From Gammaproteobacteria bacterium (GTDB lineage: Bacteria > Pseudomonadota > Gammaproteobacteria > UBA1113): 64,000 nt of DNA. Below, in pieces: positions 1 to 9,762 of this stretch; the first letter of the stretch is position 1, and each line of letters begins with the position of its first letter. Where the stretch lies: NCBI GenBank assembly GCA_021773295.1, contig JAJFKI010000007.1, positions 5,046-69,045 on the forward strand, written 5' to 3'. The translations under genes were made by a program, and so were the position numbers. Below the pieces are notes generated by a model. It saw only the letters and a program-made list of their open reading frames with translations, was not told the DNA's origin and ran no database searches.

Positions 1-12
1 CGATGGGTATAT
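1..12. repeat. Terminal fragment (cgatgggtatat) of the MITE-like palindromic element; body lies upstream of the window
   Basis: Identical to the right terminus ...tacgatgggtatat of the full copies at 35230-35406 and 41265-41442. Confidence 0.35.
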
Positions 13-77
13 AATCCACACACTGTAGAGGCGCTTCTAACGCGCCCCTACAATTGAAAAATTCGTGACCGATTTTT

Positions 78-395
78 TTAATTGTCGTTACTAGGTTTAA
101 TCATCTGCTGTAGCTCGCCACTTTCATAAAGTTCAAGCACAATATCACACCCCCCAACAAATTCACCATTGATAAAGAGCTGTGGAAAAGTAGGCCAATT
201 CGCAACGCTGGGTAAATTCGCTCTCACCTCAGGATCTGCCAAGATATCCACAAAGGCAAAAGGCTCACCACAGGCTTTTAAAGCTTGCACGGTTTTCGCC
301 GAGAAACCACATTGTGGCATATCAGGCGAGCCTTTCATGAAAAGAATAATTTTATTGTCTGCAATTTGCTGTTTTAACTCATCAATAATTGACAT
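78..395 (-). CDS. grxD: Monothiol glutaredoxin, Grx4/GrxD family
   Basis: 105 aa; CGFS active-site motif (PQCGFSAKT) and conserved WPTFPQL(F/Y)I, GG(C)D motifs of Grx4-type glutaredoxins. Confidence 0.9.
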   Translation of the reverse strand: MSIIDELKQQIADNKIILFMKGSPDMPQCGFSAKTVQALKACGEPFAFVDILADPEVRANLPSVANWPTFPQLFINGEFVGGCDIVLELYESGELQQMIKPSNDN

Positions 396-513
396 TATTT
401 TACCTCTTTTGTTTGCAATTTTAGCGATTATATAATTTTACGCCGTCAACTGCTAGTCCCATTACGCATCATGAGGTAAACTGCAACCCTACAAAACATC
501 CAAGGAGTAAACC

Positions 514-1098
514 ATGACATTTGAACTACCCGCCCTACCCTATGAACTCGATGCACTAGAGCCCCATATTTCAAAAGAAACCTTAGAATACCATCACGGC
601 AAACACCACCAAGCCTATGTAAACAATCTAAACAACTTATTGCCTAGCTCAGAGTTCGACGGCATGGCCCTTGAGGAGATTATCAGGCAATCCTCTGCCG
701 GTATTTTTAACAATGCCGCTCAAATTTGGAACCATACCTTTTATTGGCATAGCTTAAGCCCCAATAGCAACGGTGCACCCAATGGCACATTAGCAGAGGC
801 GATTAATAAAACATTCGGATCCTTTGATGAGTTCAAACAACGCTTTACTAAATCTGCTGTGAGTTTATTCGGCTCCGGTTGGTGTTGGTTAGTACGCACG
901 GCCAATGGTAGTCTTGATATCGTCAACACGGCTAATGCACAAACGCCCATAACTGACGCAAGCTTAACACCATTATTCACCTGTGATGTTTGGGAGCACG
1001 CTTATTACGTTGACGTACGCAATGCGCGCCCTAAATATTTAGAGAATTTTTGGAACTTAGTCAATTGGGACTTTGCACAAAGCAATTTTGATAAATAA
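514..1098 (+). CDS. sodB: Fe/Mn superoxide dismutase
   Basis: 194 aa; metal-ligand motifs HHGKHH..., DVWEHAYY; RBS aaggag 7 nt upstream of ATG. Confidence 0.93.
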   Translation: MTFELPALPYELDALEPHISKETLEYHHGKHHQAYVNNLNNLLPSSEFDGMALEEIIRQSSAGIFNNAAQIWNHTFYWHSLSPNSNGAPNGTLAEAINKTFGSFDEFKQRFTKSAVSLFGSGWCWLVRTANGSLDIVNTANAQTPITDASLTPLFTCDVWEHAYYVDVRNARPKYLENFWNLVNWDFAQSNFDK

Positions 1099-1120
1099 TA
1101 AAGAATCATAAGGAGATCTC

Positions 1121-2296
1121 ATGGTACAAGGATTAATGACCACTTATATGCCCCTACCCGTCCAACTCTCACATGGCAAAGGCGCTATTGTTTGGGATAA
1201 AGAGGGTAATGAATACATTGATGCGTTAGGGGGCATAGCAGTCTGTGCCCTGGGCCATGATTATCCCGAGGTGACCACGGTCATCCAACAACAAGCGGCC
1301 AAGCTGCTTCATACCAGTAATTTATTTGAAATTGAATATCAAATAAACCTTGCTAAAAAACTGACGAAAGTATCCGGCATGGATGCCCTTTACTGCGGTA
1401 ACTCAGGCGCCGAAGCCAATGAAGCCGCCTTCAAACTATGCCGACTCTATGGCCATCAAAAAAACATTGATATACCGCATATCGTCGTCATGGAAAAAGC
1501 ATTTCATGGACGCACCCTCGGCTGTTTAAGTGCTTCGGGCTCCCACAAAGTCCAAGCTGGATTTGAACCCTTAGTGCAAGGCTTCGTCCGTTGTCCCTAC
1601 AATGATCTCAATGCCTTAGAAACCATTTTGAAAAATGATCACACTATCGTTGCTGTTATGTTAGAGCCCATTCAAGGCGAAGGCGGTATTATCGTTCCAG
1701 ATGATGGCTACTTGGCCGGCGTAAGAAGCTTATGTGATGCACACGAGTGTTTGATGGTACTGGATGAAATACAAACAGGCGTTGGTCGTACCGGCAGTTT
1801 CTATAATTACCAACAAGCAAACATTCTGCCTGATATTGTCACCAGTGCTAAAGCCTTGGGTAATGGCATTCCCATCGGTGCTTGTTTAACGCACGGTGTG
1901 GCCAGTGACTTATTCAAGCCAGGTAACCACGGCTCAACCTTTGGTGGTAATCCTTTATCAACGCGTGTGGCCTGCACCGTGATTGATACCATCATCAAAC
2001 ATAAGCTCGCGCAAAAGGCACAAAAGATGGGACAAAAAATCATGACACGCTTACAACAAGAACTGAGCGATAACCCTCATGTAAAAGGCATCCGCGGCAA
2101 AGGTTTGATGATAGGCGTTGAATTAGACAAACCATGTCGTGATATTTTAAACATTGGCTTAGAGCAAGGTATACTCTTTAACGTAACCGCAAACTCAGTG
2201 TTGCGCTTAGTGCCGCCTTACATCATCACTGAAGAACAAGCCGAAGCCATCAGCATACGTTTAATTAACTGTATTCATCACTATTATGGCGACTGA
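1121..2296 (+). CDS. Class III PLP aminotransferase, acetylornithine/succinylornithine transaminase (ArgD/AstC family)
   Basis: 391 aa; collinear with E. coli ArgD/AstC (LPV..G.G..WD..G..YID..GGIAV..LGH; EPIQGEGG; LDEIQTGVGRTG; TSAKALGNG lysine); RBS aaggaga upstream. Confidence 0.85.
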   Translation: MVQGLMTTYMPLPVQLSHGKGAIVWDKEGNEYIDALGGIAVCALGHDYPEVTTVIQQQAAKLLHTSNLFEIEYQINLAKKLTKVSGMDALYCGNSGAEANEAAFKLCRLYGHQKNIDIPHIVVMEKAFHGRTLGCLSASGSHKVQAGFEPLVQGFVRCPYNDLNALETILKNDHTIVAVMLEPIQGEGGIIVPDDGYLAGVRSLCDAHECLMVLDEIQTGVGRTGSFYNYQQANILPDIVTSAKALGNGIPIGACLTHGVASDLFKPGNHGSTFGGNPLSTRVACTVIDTIIKHKLAQKAQKMGQKIMTRLQQELSDNPHVKGIRGKGLMIGVELDKPCRDILNIGLEQGILFNVTANSVLRLVPPYIITEEQAEAISIRLINCIHHYYGD

Positions 2297-3623
2297 AGTT
2301 AACTTTGATGGCTTAGTGGGTTTGACCCATAATTATGGTGGCTTAGCACTCGGCAATACTGCCTCCATTAAAAACAAACTCATCTTGTCAAAACCAAGAC
2401 AAGCGGCGCTGCAAGGTTTGGATAAAATGAAATTTTGTCATGATCTTGGTTTGGCGCAAGCCGTGCTGCCGCCCCATTCGCGCCCAAATTTAAATTTTTT
2501 AAAGCAATTAGGCTTTACAGGCAGTACAGAGCAAATATTGCAACAAGCAGAAAAAGAAAGCCCGGCCTTACTCGTGACCAGCTACTCTGCCTCTGCCATG
2601 TGGACAGCCAATGCGGCCACGGTATCGCCCAGCGCCGATACAGAAGATGAAAAAGTGCATGTGACACCGGCGAATTTAATCAGCAATTTGCATCGCTCCC
2701 TAGAGACGCCAATGACGACGAAAATACTCAACGCTATTTTTCATGATCGCCATTATTTTCATCATCATACTCCCCTACCCTTACAGGCTAACTACAGTGA
2801 TGAAGGCGCCGCTAATCATGGTCGCTTGTGTCTCGATTATGACAGCCCAGGTGTTGAACTGTTTGTCTATGGTAAACACTCACTCGATGAAGCCAGAGCA
2901 TTGCCACGCCACTTCCCCGCACGCCAAACCCTTGATGCCAGTGAAGCGATTGCCAGATTACATTTACTGCAGCCCAGTAAAACTATTTTTGCACATCAAC
3001 ATCCAAGGGCTATTGACCAAGGCGTTTTTCACAATGATGTTTTGGCCGTCACCAATAAGAGCGTCATCTTTTATCACGAAAATGCTTACTTGCAGCATGA
3101 TGCTGTTATGGATGCCCTGCAACACGCCTTAGCCCCCACAGAGTTAATCCGCATTTGCGTCAGCAATGAGCAAGTCCCCTTAGCAGACGCTGTTAGTTCT
3201 TACTTATTTAATAGCCAGCTTGTTAGCATCAATGATGGCACCATGGCACTCATTGCACCACAAGAAGTCGCTGACAACCGACACACACAAGCTTTTGTCA
3301 AACAGTTACTTGCTAATAATGCGCAACCCATTCGCCATGTTCACTATGTGAATTGCCGTCAAAGCATGAAGAACGGCGGTGGGCCTGCCTGTTTGCGTTT
3401 GCGGGTTGTGCTAACAAAAGAAGAACAAGCGGCCATTAATCAATGCGTATTATTCACAAATGATCTGTATGAAAAACTTTTTACATGGATTAACAAACAC
3501 TACCGAGAAAAAATCTGTTATGATGATTTACTTGATCCACTACTAGTAGAAGAAAATTATCGGGCATTAGATGAATTGACCCAACTTCTTGATTTAGGTT
3601 GCATCTACGATTTTCAGCAATAA
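2286..3623 (+). CDS. astB: N-succinylarginine dihydrolase
   Basis: 445 aa; N-terminus EVNFDGLVGLTHNYGGL and C-terminal GGGPACLRLRVVLT catalytic-Cys motif match AstB; 11-nt overlap with upstream aminotransferase (operon). Confidence 0.85.
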   Translation: MATEVNFDGLVGLTHNYGGLALGNTASIKNKLILSKPRQAALQGLDKMKFCHDLGLAQAVLPPHSRPNLNFLKQLGFTGSTEQILQQAEKESPALLVTSYSASAMWTANAATVSPSADTEDEKVHVTPANLISNLHRSLETPMTTKILNAIFHDRHYFHHHTPLPLQANYSDEGAANHGRLCLDYDSPGVELFVYGKHSLDEARALPRHFPARQTLDASEAIARLHLLQPSKTIFAHQHPRAIDQGVFHNDVLAVTNKSVIFYHENAYLQHDAVMDALQHALAPTELIRICVSNEQVPLADAVSSYLFNSQLVSINDGTMALIAPQEVADNRHTQAFVKQLLANNAQPIRHVHYVNCRQSMKNGGGPACLRLRVVLTKEEQAAINQCVLFTNDLYEKLFTWINKHYREKICYDDLLDPLLVEENYRALDELTQLLDLGCIYDFQQ

Positions 3624-3626
3624 GAT

Positions 3627-6600
3627 ATGGCATTAAAAAACTACATAAAAACTGGCTGCCTCATCGCAACACTGCTAAGCGCACCGCTTGCTTTTGCCTA
3701 TACTGATTACATGTTCCCCAATGTTGTTATCGAACCTGCCGTTGGTTCTTATACCTCTGGCAAAGCGGATGTCATTACCCCACTTTTCTTTCGCAATGAT
3801 AGCTTATGGTTTGGTGATCTCGCCGGTAAGTATGGGCAAGATCAAGATTGGTACACTAGCCTCGGTGGCGGTTACCGCATTATCAATAATGATAACTTTC
3901 TTTCCGGTGCTTATGTATTTGCCGATTATAATGTCACCGTCGATGGCTCAACGTTTTGGGTCGCCAACCCTGGGGTAGAGCTTTATGCTCGCAATTGGGA
4001 CGCTCATCTGAACGGATATTTCCCAATCTCTAGTGATACAAAAACACTAGCCATCTTTTACGGCCCCAATGGCAAAAATCCCGTCAAAGCCTCAGGCCAC
4101 TCTGTCTTTGCTGAGAAGCTTAAGTTAATTGAAGAAATTGGCATGGGGGGTGATCTTGATGTGGGTTATGATATCCCGCGTAGGATTCCAGTGGTTGGCT
4201 TGATTCACATTGATGCTGGTCCTTATTACTCACACTTCCCTGAAGGTGATGATATGATCGGTGGTCAAGTGTCAGTGGAAACACGAGTGAATGAATTTGC
4301 TAAAATTAAATTAACTGACAGTTACGACACGCTTTTCCAAAACTCCTTTCTAGCTAGCCTGGTGATCCAATTTGGCGGTCAAGGTGTACCACAAACCAGC
4401 CCCATGAGTCGTCATCTTGTAGCGCGTCCCGTGCGTCATTTAGGCTCTGCAGCCGTTGGCACTGCCGAGCGCACACGTAAAATTATTTCTGATGATCGCG
4501 TGATGGTGGAGCTCTTTGGTAATATTTGGTACTTCACCTCTCAAGGTGGTTTCCCATTTGATAAAGCATTCGGCACAGACAATTGTACGGCTGAATTTCC
4601 TTGCGACAATGCTAGTTTTAATCAAATAACACTCAATGATATCAACGGGTTTTCTGTCAATGCATTACTCTTCTTCAAGCCAGGGAGTTATAGCGTTAAT
4701 AGCAGCGGCACTAATCCCAATGAAATTACCCTTCTAAATGGCATGTCTGCCTATGGCCGAACAGATAATTACACCATGGCTGCGGCCGATGACAACCGAC
4801 CAACGTTCTTTGGTACCTTTGATTTAGCAGGCAATAATTTAGTGACCAATGTTAACTTCCAAGGTACTGGTACCAATAAGTTGGTAGGTATCGATGCGGA
4901 TAATGCACCTAATTTAACGCTTAATAAAGTCCGGGTGAGTCATTATACGGGCACCAGTGGCAACACGGTCATGGGTATCGACATTGATAACAGTGCTAAC
5001 TTAAGCATGACCGATGTTGATGTCAATTTTATTCAAGGGGCTAATGGCAGTAACGGAACCAATGGTACCAATGGCGCTAACGCCTCTGGCGCAGGAGGCA
5101 TTGGTGGTAATGGTACGGTAGGAACTAATGGCACCAGTGCTGATAATGCCATTGGCATTAATCTCAATGGAGACACCAATGCTAGTTTAAGCACAGTAAC
5201 CGTCTCTAATATCGCCGGTGGCACGGGTGGTAACGGTGGTACTGGCGGTGCGGGTGGTTCTGTTACTAATCCCGATGCGGCGGCGCAAGGTGGTAGCGGC
5301 GCTGCTGGTGGTGTTGCTGGCTCCGGCGGTAATGCAATCGGTCTTGATATGGTTAGCAGTACCGCTACGATTGATACGCTGTCAATCACCAGTGTCACTG
5401 GTGGCCAAGGTGGCAGTGGTGGCAACTCCGGCAATGGTGGCTCAGCTGATAATGACAATAACTTTGACGCGGGTGGCGGAGCACTCAACGTAAACGCCGG
5501 TACTGGTGGCGGCGGTAGTAACGGCGGTAATGGCGGCAATGGTGGTGCAGCGACTGGGTTTGTCGATACAGGCGATACTATCACCCTAAACAATAGCTCA
5601 ATCACAACCATCAGTGGCGGTAGTGCCGGCGCTGGCGGTAATTCAGGTGCAGGCGGTAGCGCAACGGTAGACGATAACATCACCCAAGGAGGTAGCGGTG
5701 TGCTATCTGTCACAGCAGGCACTGGTGGTGATAGCGGTAACGCCGGTAATGGCGGTACTGGTGGTAATAGCATTGGCCTTGATGCAACAACCAGCGCAAC
5801 AACAACGATTAACAATCTAACCGTCAATAATATTAATGGTGGTGTAGGTAACAGCGGTGGCGCTGCAGGTAGTGGCGGAAATGCAACGGCCGATGATAAT
5901 GATCAGCTCAATAACAATGCGCTAACGGCCAATGGTGGCACAGGTGGTGATAGTGGTAATGGTGGCAATGGTGGTACTGGCGGCACTGCCACAGGGATCC
6001 ACAACGATAGCAGTACCATGACCATCAATACAGCCACCGTATCAACGGTCACTGGTGCTAATGGCGGCCTGGGCGGCGTGAGTAATCAGGCCGGCGATGC
6101 GGATACTTCAGACAACCTCTCATCCTTTGACAATGCAGGGCTTACGCTCACTGTCACGGCTGGCACGGGTGGTACCGGTGGTGTGAGTGGCACTGGTGGT
6201 AATGGTGGCGTCGCTATTGGCATCGACAATGATCAAAGTGCCGTGAGCAACCTAAGCACCGTCACGATTACCAGCGTGACTGGTGGTAGTGGTAATAGCA
6301 GTGGTAATGCAGGCCGTGGTGGTAATGCCAACGCTAATAATAATGACGAAGCTGCTACCGGCCAGAATAGTTCAACTGCGGGCAATGGCGGTCTGGGCGG
6401 CACGAGTGCCAATGGTGGTTCAGCTGGCTTAGCCGTTGGTCTTCGCTCTAGAAATTCAAGCCAAAACACCATCAGCAATAGTACTATTTCATACATTAGC
6501 GCCGGCACAGGCGGCGCTGGTGGTAATGGCGGTGCTGGTGGTAATTCCAATGCGAACTCAAATGGGATTGGCGACACGGGCACATTAACCGTGAATGCAG

Positions 6601-7859
6601 ATGATGCCGGTAACGGTAATGCAGCGGGTAATGGTGGCACGGGTGGTGATGGCTTTGGTATTACATCTGATAGCACCAGTGGTGTCACAATGACCTCAAC
6701 TAACCTAACACAAATCAATGGCGGCGCTGGCGGTGCCGGTGGTAGTGGTGGCGCCGGTGGTAGCTCGAGCGCAGATCAAAATTCAGTGGGGCTTTCCGCT
6801 AACATTATTGCCTCTGCCAACGACGCAGGTAATGGCGGTAATGGTGGTAATGCTGGTAATGGTGGCCTGGGTGTTGGTTATAGTGCGACAGGTAGTAGCA
6901 CCAATAACTTAACGGGCGGCACTATTAGCAATATTACAGGGGGTAATGCCGGTGCTGGTGGTATTGCAGGTAATGGTGGTAGTTCAAACACTAATAGCAA
7001 CACCACCCTCAATAGATCCATAACCGCCAATGCAAACAACGGTGGCAATGGTGGTGTTGGTGGTAATGGTGCCCTTGGTGGTAATGCTTTTGGTATCAAC
7101 GCAACCAGTTCTGCGACCCTCACCCAGACTAATGGCACTAACATTCAACAAATCGTTGCGGGCAGCGGCGGCAATGGTGCAGCCGGCGGCATAGGCGGCG
7201 GCAGTAATGCCAATAGCAATAGCATCCAAGCGGTGGGCGATACCCTAACGGTCAATGGTGCCATTGCTGGCTTAGGTGGAGTTGGTGGCACGGGTGGCGT
7301 GGGTGGCCGTTCGGCAGGCGCCAATGCTGTTACAAGTGCAACCATTAATATTACAAACAATACCATCACTCAAATTACGGGTGGCCAAGGCGGTATTGGT
7401 GGCAATGGCGCGCTGGGTGGCTCTGCCAGTACCAATAATAACACCGTTGCAGTCCCAATAGTCGGAAGTGCAACGGCAGGTACGGGTCGCGATGGCGGTG
7501 ATGGTGGTAATGGCGCCAATGGTGGTGATGCGCGCTCAACGGATGACAATGGTGGTAGTGGTACCATCAATGGCGTTGGCCTCACCCTCAGCAACCGTAC
7601 CGCTGGCAATGGTGCTAACAGTGGTGCTGGCGGCAATGGCGGTGATGCAAACTCAAACGGTAATACACCTGGTCTAACGCAAACACTCGGCACACCAGGT
7701 GATGGCGGCGACAGTGGCACTGGTGGTGATGGCGGTGATACTGATTCAAATACAGGTACTGCGGGTAGCGCTGCTAATGCTGGTACAGCAGGTGCCGTGG
7801 GACTAGGTGGTACTGGTGGTGCAGCTGCAACAGGTGGCGCGGGCGCTACCGAACCATAA
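3627..7859 (+). CDS. Secreted 1410-aa glycine/asparagine/threonine-rich repeat protein, putative surface adhesin. N-terminal ~300-aa globular, possibly beta-barrel, domain followed by >15 degenerate ~75-aa Gly-rich repeats
   Basis: Signal peptide MALKNYIKTGCLIATLLSAPLAFA; N-terminal region with alternating aromatic/hydrophobic beta-strand-like pattern; remainder dominated by TAGTGG(D/G)SGN(A/G)GNGGTGG / IT(S/T)VTGG modules; single uninterrupted ORF. Confidence 0.6.
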   Translation: MALKNYIKTGCLIATLLSAPLAFAYTDYMFPNVVIEPAVGSYTSGKADVITPLFFRNDSLWFGDLAGKYGQDQDWYTSLGGGYRIINNDNFLSGAYVFADYNVTVDGSTFWVANPGVELYARNWDAHLNGYFPISSDTKTLAIFYGPNGKNPVKASGHSVFAEKLKLIEEIGMGGDLDVGYDIPRRIPVVGLIHIDAGPYYSHFPEGDDMIGGQVSVETRVNEFAKIKLTDSYDTLFQNSFLASLVIQFGGQGVPQTSPMSRHLVARPVRHLGSAAVGTAERTRKIISDDRVMVELFGNIWYFTSQGGFPFDKAFGTDNCTAEFPCDNASFNQITLNDINGFSVNALLFFKPGSYSVNSSGTNPNEITLLNGMSAYGRTDNYTMAAADDNRPTFFGTFDLAGNNLVTNVNFQGTGTNKLVGIDADNAPNLTLNKVRVSHYTGTSGNTVMGIDIDNSANLSMTDVDVNFIQGANGSNGTNGTNGANASGAGGIGGNGTVGTNGTSADNAIGINLNGDTNASLSTVTVSNIAGGTGGNGGTGGAGGSVTNPDAAAQGGSGAAGGVAGSGGNAIGLDMVSSTATIDTLSITSVTGGQGGSGGNSGNGGSADNDNNFDAGGGALNVNAGTGGGGSNGGNGGNGGAATGFVDTGDTITLNNSSITTISGGSAGAGGNSGAGGSATVDDNITQGGSGVLSVTAGTGGDSGNAGNGGTGGNSIGLDATTSATTTINNLTVNNINGGVGNSGGAAGSGGNATADDNDQLNNNALTANGGTGGDSGNGGNGGTGGTATGIHNDSSTMTINTATVSTVTGANGGLGGVSNQAGDADTSDNLSSFDNAGLTLTVTAGTGGTGGVSGTGGNGGVAIGIDNDQSAVSNLSTVTITSVTGGSGNSSGNAGRGGNANANNNDEAATGQNSSTAGNGGLGGTSANGGSAGLAVGLRSRNSSQNTISNSTISYISAGTGGAGGNGGAGGNSNANSNGIGDTGTLTVNADDAGNGNAAGNGGTGGDGFGITSDSTSGVTMTSTNLTQINGGAGGAGGSGGAGGSSSADQNSVGLSANIIASANDAGNGGNGGNAGNGGLGVGYSATGSSTNNLTGGTISNITGGNAGAGGIAGNGGSSNTNSNTTLNRSITANANNGGNGGVGGNGALGGNAFGINATSSATLTQTNGTNIQQIVAGSGGNGAAGGIGGGSNANSNSIQAVGDTLTVNGAIAGLGGVGGTGGVGGRSAGANAVTSATINITNNTITQITGGQGGIGGNGALGGSASTNNNTVAVPIVGSATAGTGRDGGDGGNGANGGDARSTDDNGGSGTINGVGLTLSNRTAGNGANSGAGGNGGDANSNGNTPGLTQTLGTPGDGGDSGTGGDGGDTDSNTGTAGSAANAGTAGAVGLGGTGGAAATGGAGATEP

Positions 7860-7884
7860 AACAACCTATAAGGAAAGACAGACA

Positions 7885-8271
7885 GTGGAAAATACCGAAC
7901 CTGAAGGCGAACTCGTCATCCGCACACTAGCAATGCCCAAGGATACCAATGGCAATGGTGATATCTTCGGTGGCTGGATTCTGTCACAAATGGATCTCGG
8001 TGCCGGAATTCTTGCTATGAAAGTCGCAAAAAAAAGAGTAACCACCGTTGCCATTGATAAAATTGTCTTTGCTCATCCGGTAAGAGTGGGTGACACTGTC
8101 AATTGCTACGCTAAATTACTAAAAATCGGCAACACCTCCATGACCATGCAATTACAAGCATGGGTCATTAATATTCACTCCGAAGAAATGAAAAAAGTCG
8201 CCGAAAGTATTTTCACCTATGTTGCTCTGGATGAAAAGCGTCGACCAACGCCAGTGAACAGTACTTCTTAG
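7885..8271 (+). CDS. Acyl-CoA thioester hydrolase, hotdog fold (YciA-like)
   Basis: Collinear with E. coli YciA (LVLRTLAMP.DTN.NGDIFGGW..SQMD.G..LA); ORF track starts at GTG 7807 inside the upstream gene; GTG 7885 after the upstream stop (7857-7859) with aaggaaaga RBS preferred. Confidence 0.75.
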   Translation: MENTEPEGELVIRTLAMPKDTNGNGDIFGGWILSQMDLGAGILAMKVAKKRVTTVAIDKIVFAHPVRVGDTVNCYAKLLKIGNTSMTMQLQAWVINIHSEEMKKVAESIFTYVALDEKRRPTPVNSTS

Positions 8272-8289
8272 TAATCAGATTGCGAATCA

Positions 8290-9696
8290 CTAATCGTTTG
8301 AATGTTCTATTTCCGGCATCACAATCGGTTTAAGTTGTTCATAGGCATAACTTGCTCGCAAGACTAAGTCATCCCGTAGATGACCACTCGTTATTTGCAA
8401 ACCCACCGGCAAACCATCTGCAGTAATACCACATGGAATCGTTGCCGCAGGATGCCTGGTTAAATTATAGAGACAAGTAAACGGCGTCCAGCTATCGACT
8501 CGCCCCATGGCCGGATAAGGAGAATTCATCCCCGTGTTAAACGCAACGAGCGGCATGGTGGGCAATAATAATAAATCATATTCAGAATAAAAAACGTTCA
8601 TCGCTGATGTCAACACACGGCGTTCACATTCTGCAGTAAAGTAATCATTCACAGTAATTGATTTTGCAAACCGTGATAATTCGCGAAAATCTGACTCCAA
8701 CAATTCACGCTTTTCAGAAGAAATTTCTAGATAGGTATGCAGCATAGACACCAGCCAGTGGGTATTAAAACATTCTAAATAATTATCAATGGGAGGATCG
8801 ACAATCGTGACATCAGCCCCTAAATCTCTAAAGTATGCTTCCACCTCATTAAAAATATCAACCACTTCTTCATTCACACTAAAATACCCAAGATTATGAC
8901 TAATAGCGACTTTTATTCCGGCAATACCTTTATCAATGTCTTTGGTGTAGTCTTGCTTTTTTATGGGCAAGCTAAGGCAATCTCTGGGATCATAACTCGC
9001 AATCGCATTCATCAAATGAGCACTATCCATCACCGACCGAGTCATAGGACCCGCATGCACAAAGGATCCCAAATGACTAGGAGGTACTAATGGCACCACA
9101 CCATTTGTTGGCTTTAAGCCAAAAACACCACAAAAGGACGCTGGAATTCTAATCGAACCGCCGCCATCCGTACCAACGGCCAGTGGAAACATACCCCCGG
9201 CAAGACCACTGGCTGCCCCACCACTCGAGCCACCACAGGTCTTATCAGGATTCCAAGCATTTTTAGTCACTCCGGTAATCGCATTTTCAGTAATCCCTTT
9301 CCAGCCTAATTCACACATCGTTGTTTTGCCCATCAGTGTCACGCCAGCACGGCGCAATAATGCCGTCACTGGGGCATCATCTTCCCAAGCTTGATCAGGA
9401 TCTATGGTCAATGAACCCATGCGAGTTGGCCAGCCAATGGCGCGAAAGCCATCTTTAATGGTTGTCGGTACACCATCGATTGGACTCAGCGGTTTACCTT
9501 TAAGCCATCTTTGTTCAGACATTTTGGCATCAATCAGGGCTTTTTCATGATCTAAGATAGAAAAACAGTTGAGTTTGGGATTTACTTTTAAAATACGTTG
9601 GTACACAGCATCTAGCACTTCCACTGGAGATATTTCTAATTTTGAATATAATGTGCTTAGTTCAGTCGCAGTGAGCTTATAAACATCATTTAACAT
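8290..9696 (-). CDS. Amidase-signature family amidase
   Basis: GGSSGGAASGLAGG amidase signature; start placed at internal Met (MLNDVYKLTATEL..., aa 44 of the tracked ORF) preceded by agga RBS; the first 43 aa of the ORF are an unlikely leader. Confidence 0.8.
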   Translation of the reverse strand: MLNDVYKLTATELSTLYSKLEISPVEVLDAVYQRILKVNPKLNCFSILDHEKALIDAKMSEQRWLKGKPLSPIDGVPTTIKDGFRAIGWPTRMGSLTIDPDQAWEDDAPVTALLRRAGVTLMGKTTMCELGWKGITENAITGVTKNAWNPDKTCGGSSGGAASGLAGGMFPLAVGTDGGGSIRIPASFCGVFGLKPTNGVVPLVPPSHLGSFVHAGPMTRSVMDSAHLMNAIASYDPRDCLSLPIKKQDYTKDIDKGIAGIKVAISHNLGYFSVNEEVVDIFNEVEAYFRDLGADVTIVDPPIDNYLECFNTHWLVSMLHTYLEISSEKRELLESDFRELSRFAKSITVNDYFTAECERRVLTSAMNVFYSEYDLLLLPTMPLVAFNTGMNSPYPAMGRVDSWTPFTCLYNLTRHPAATIPCGITADGLPVGLQITSGHLRDDLVLRASYAYEQLKPIVMPEIEHSND

Positions 9697-9762
9697 TATT
9701 TTAATCCTGGTTAAGATTTTTTCTGCCTGATATATATAGATTAGCATAAGGAAACACATAGT

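Noticed and set aside
3800-7800. Periodic short GGT-rich DNA repeats that superficially resemble a CRISPR array
   Set aside because: No conserved direct repeat with unique spacers. The periodicity is codon-level (Gly-Asn-Gly-Gly) within one continuous ORF.
5033-7864. Several long Pro/Leu/Ala-rich ORFs on the minus strand (e.g. 5033-5827, 6233-6718, 7370-7864) antisense to the Gly-rich gene
   Set aside because: They are the reverse-complement reading of GGN/AAT-rich codons (GGN reads as NCC, Pro). No RBS and no independent signal; compositional artefacts.
7807-7884. Tracked start of the thioesterase ORF at 7807 inside the Gly-rich gene
   Set aside because: Would require a 77-nt overlap and an N-terminal extension absent from YciA-like proteins; GTG 7885 with RBS preferred.
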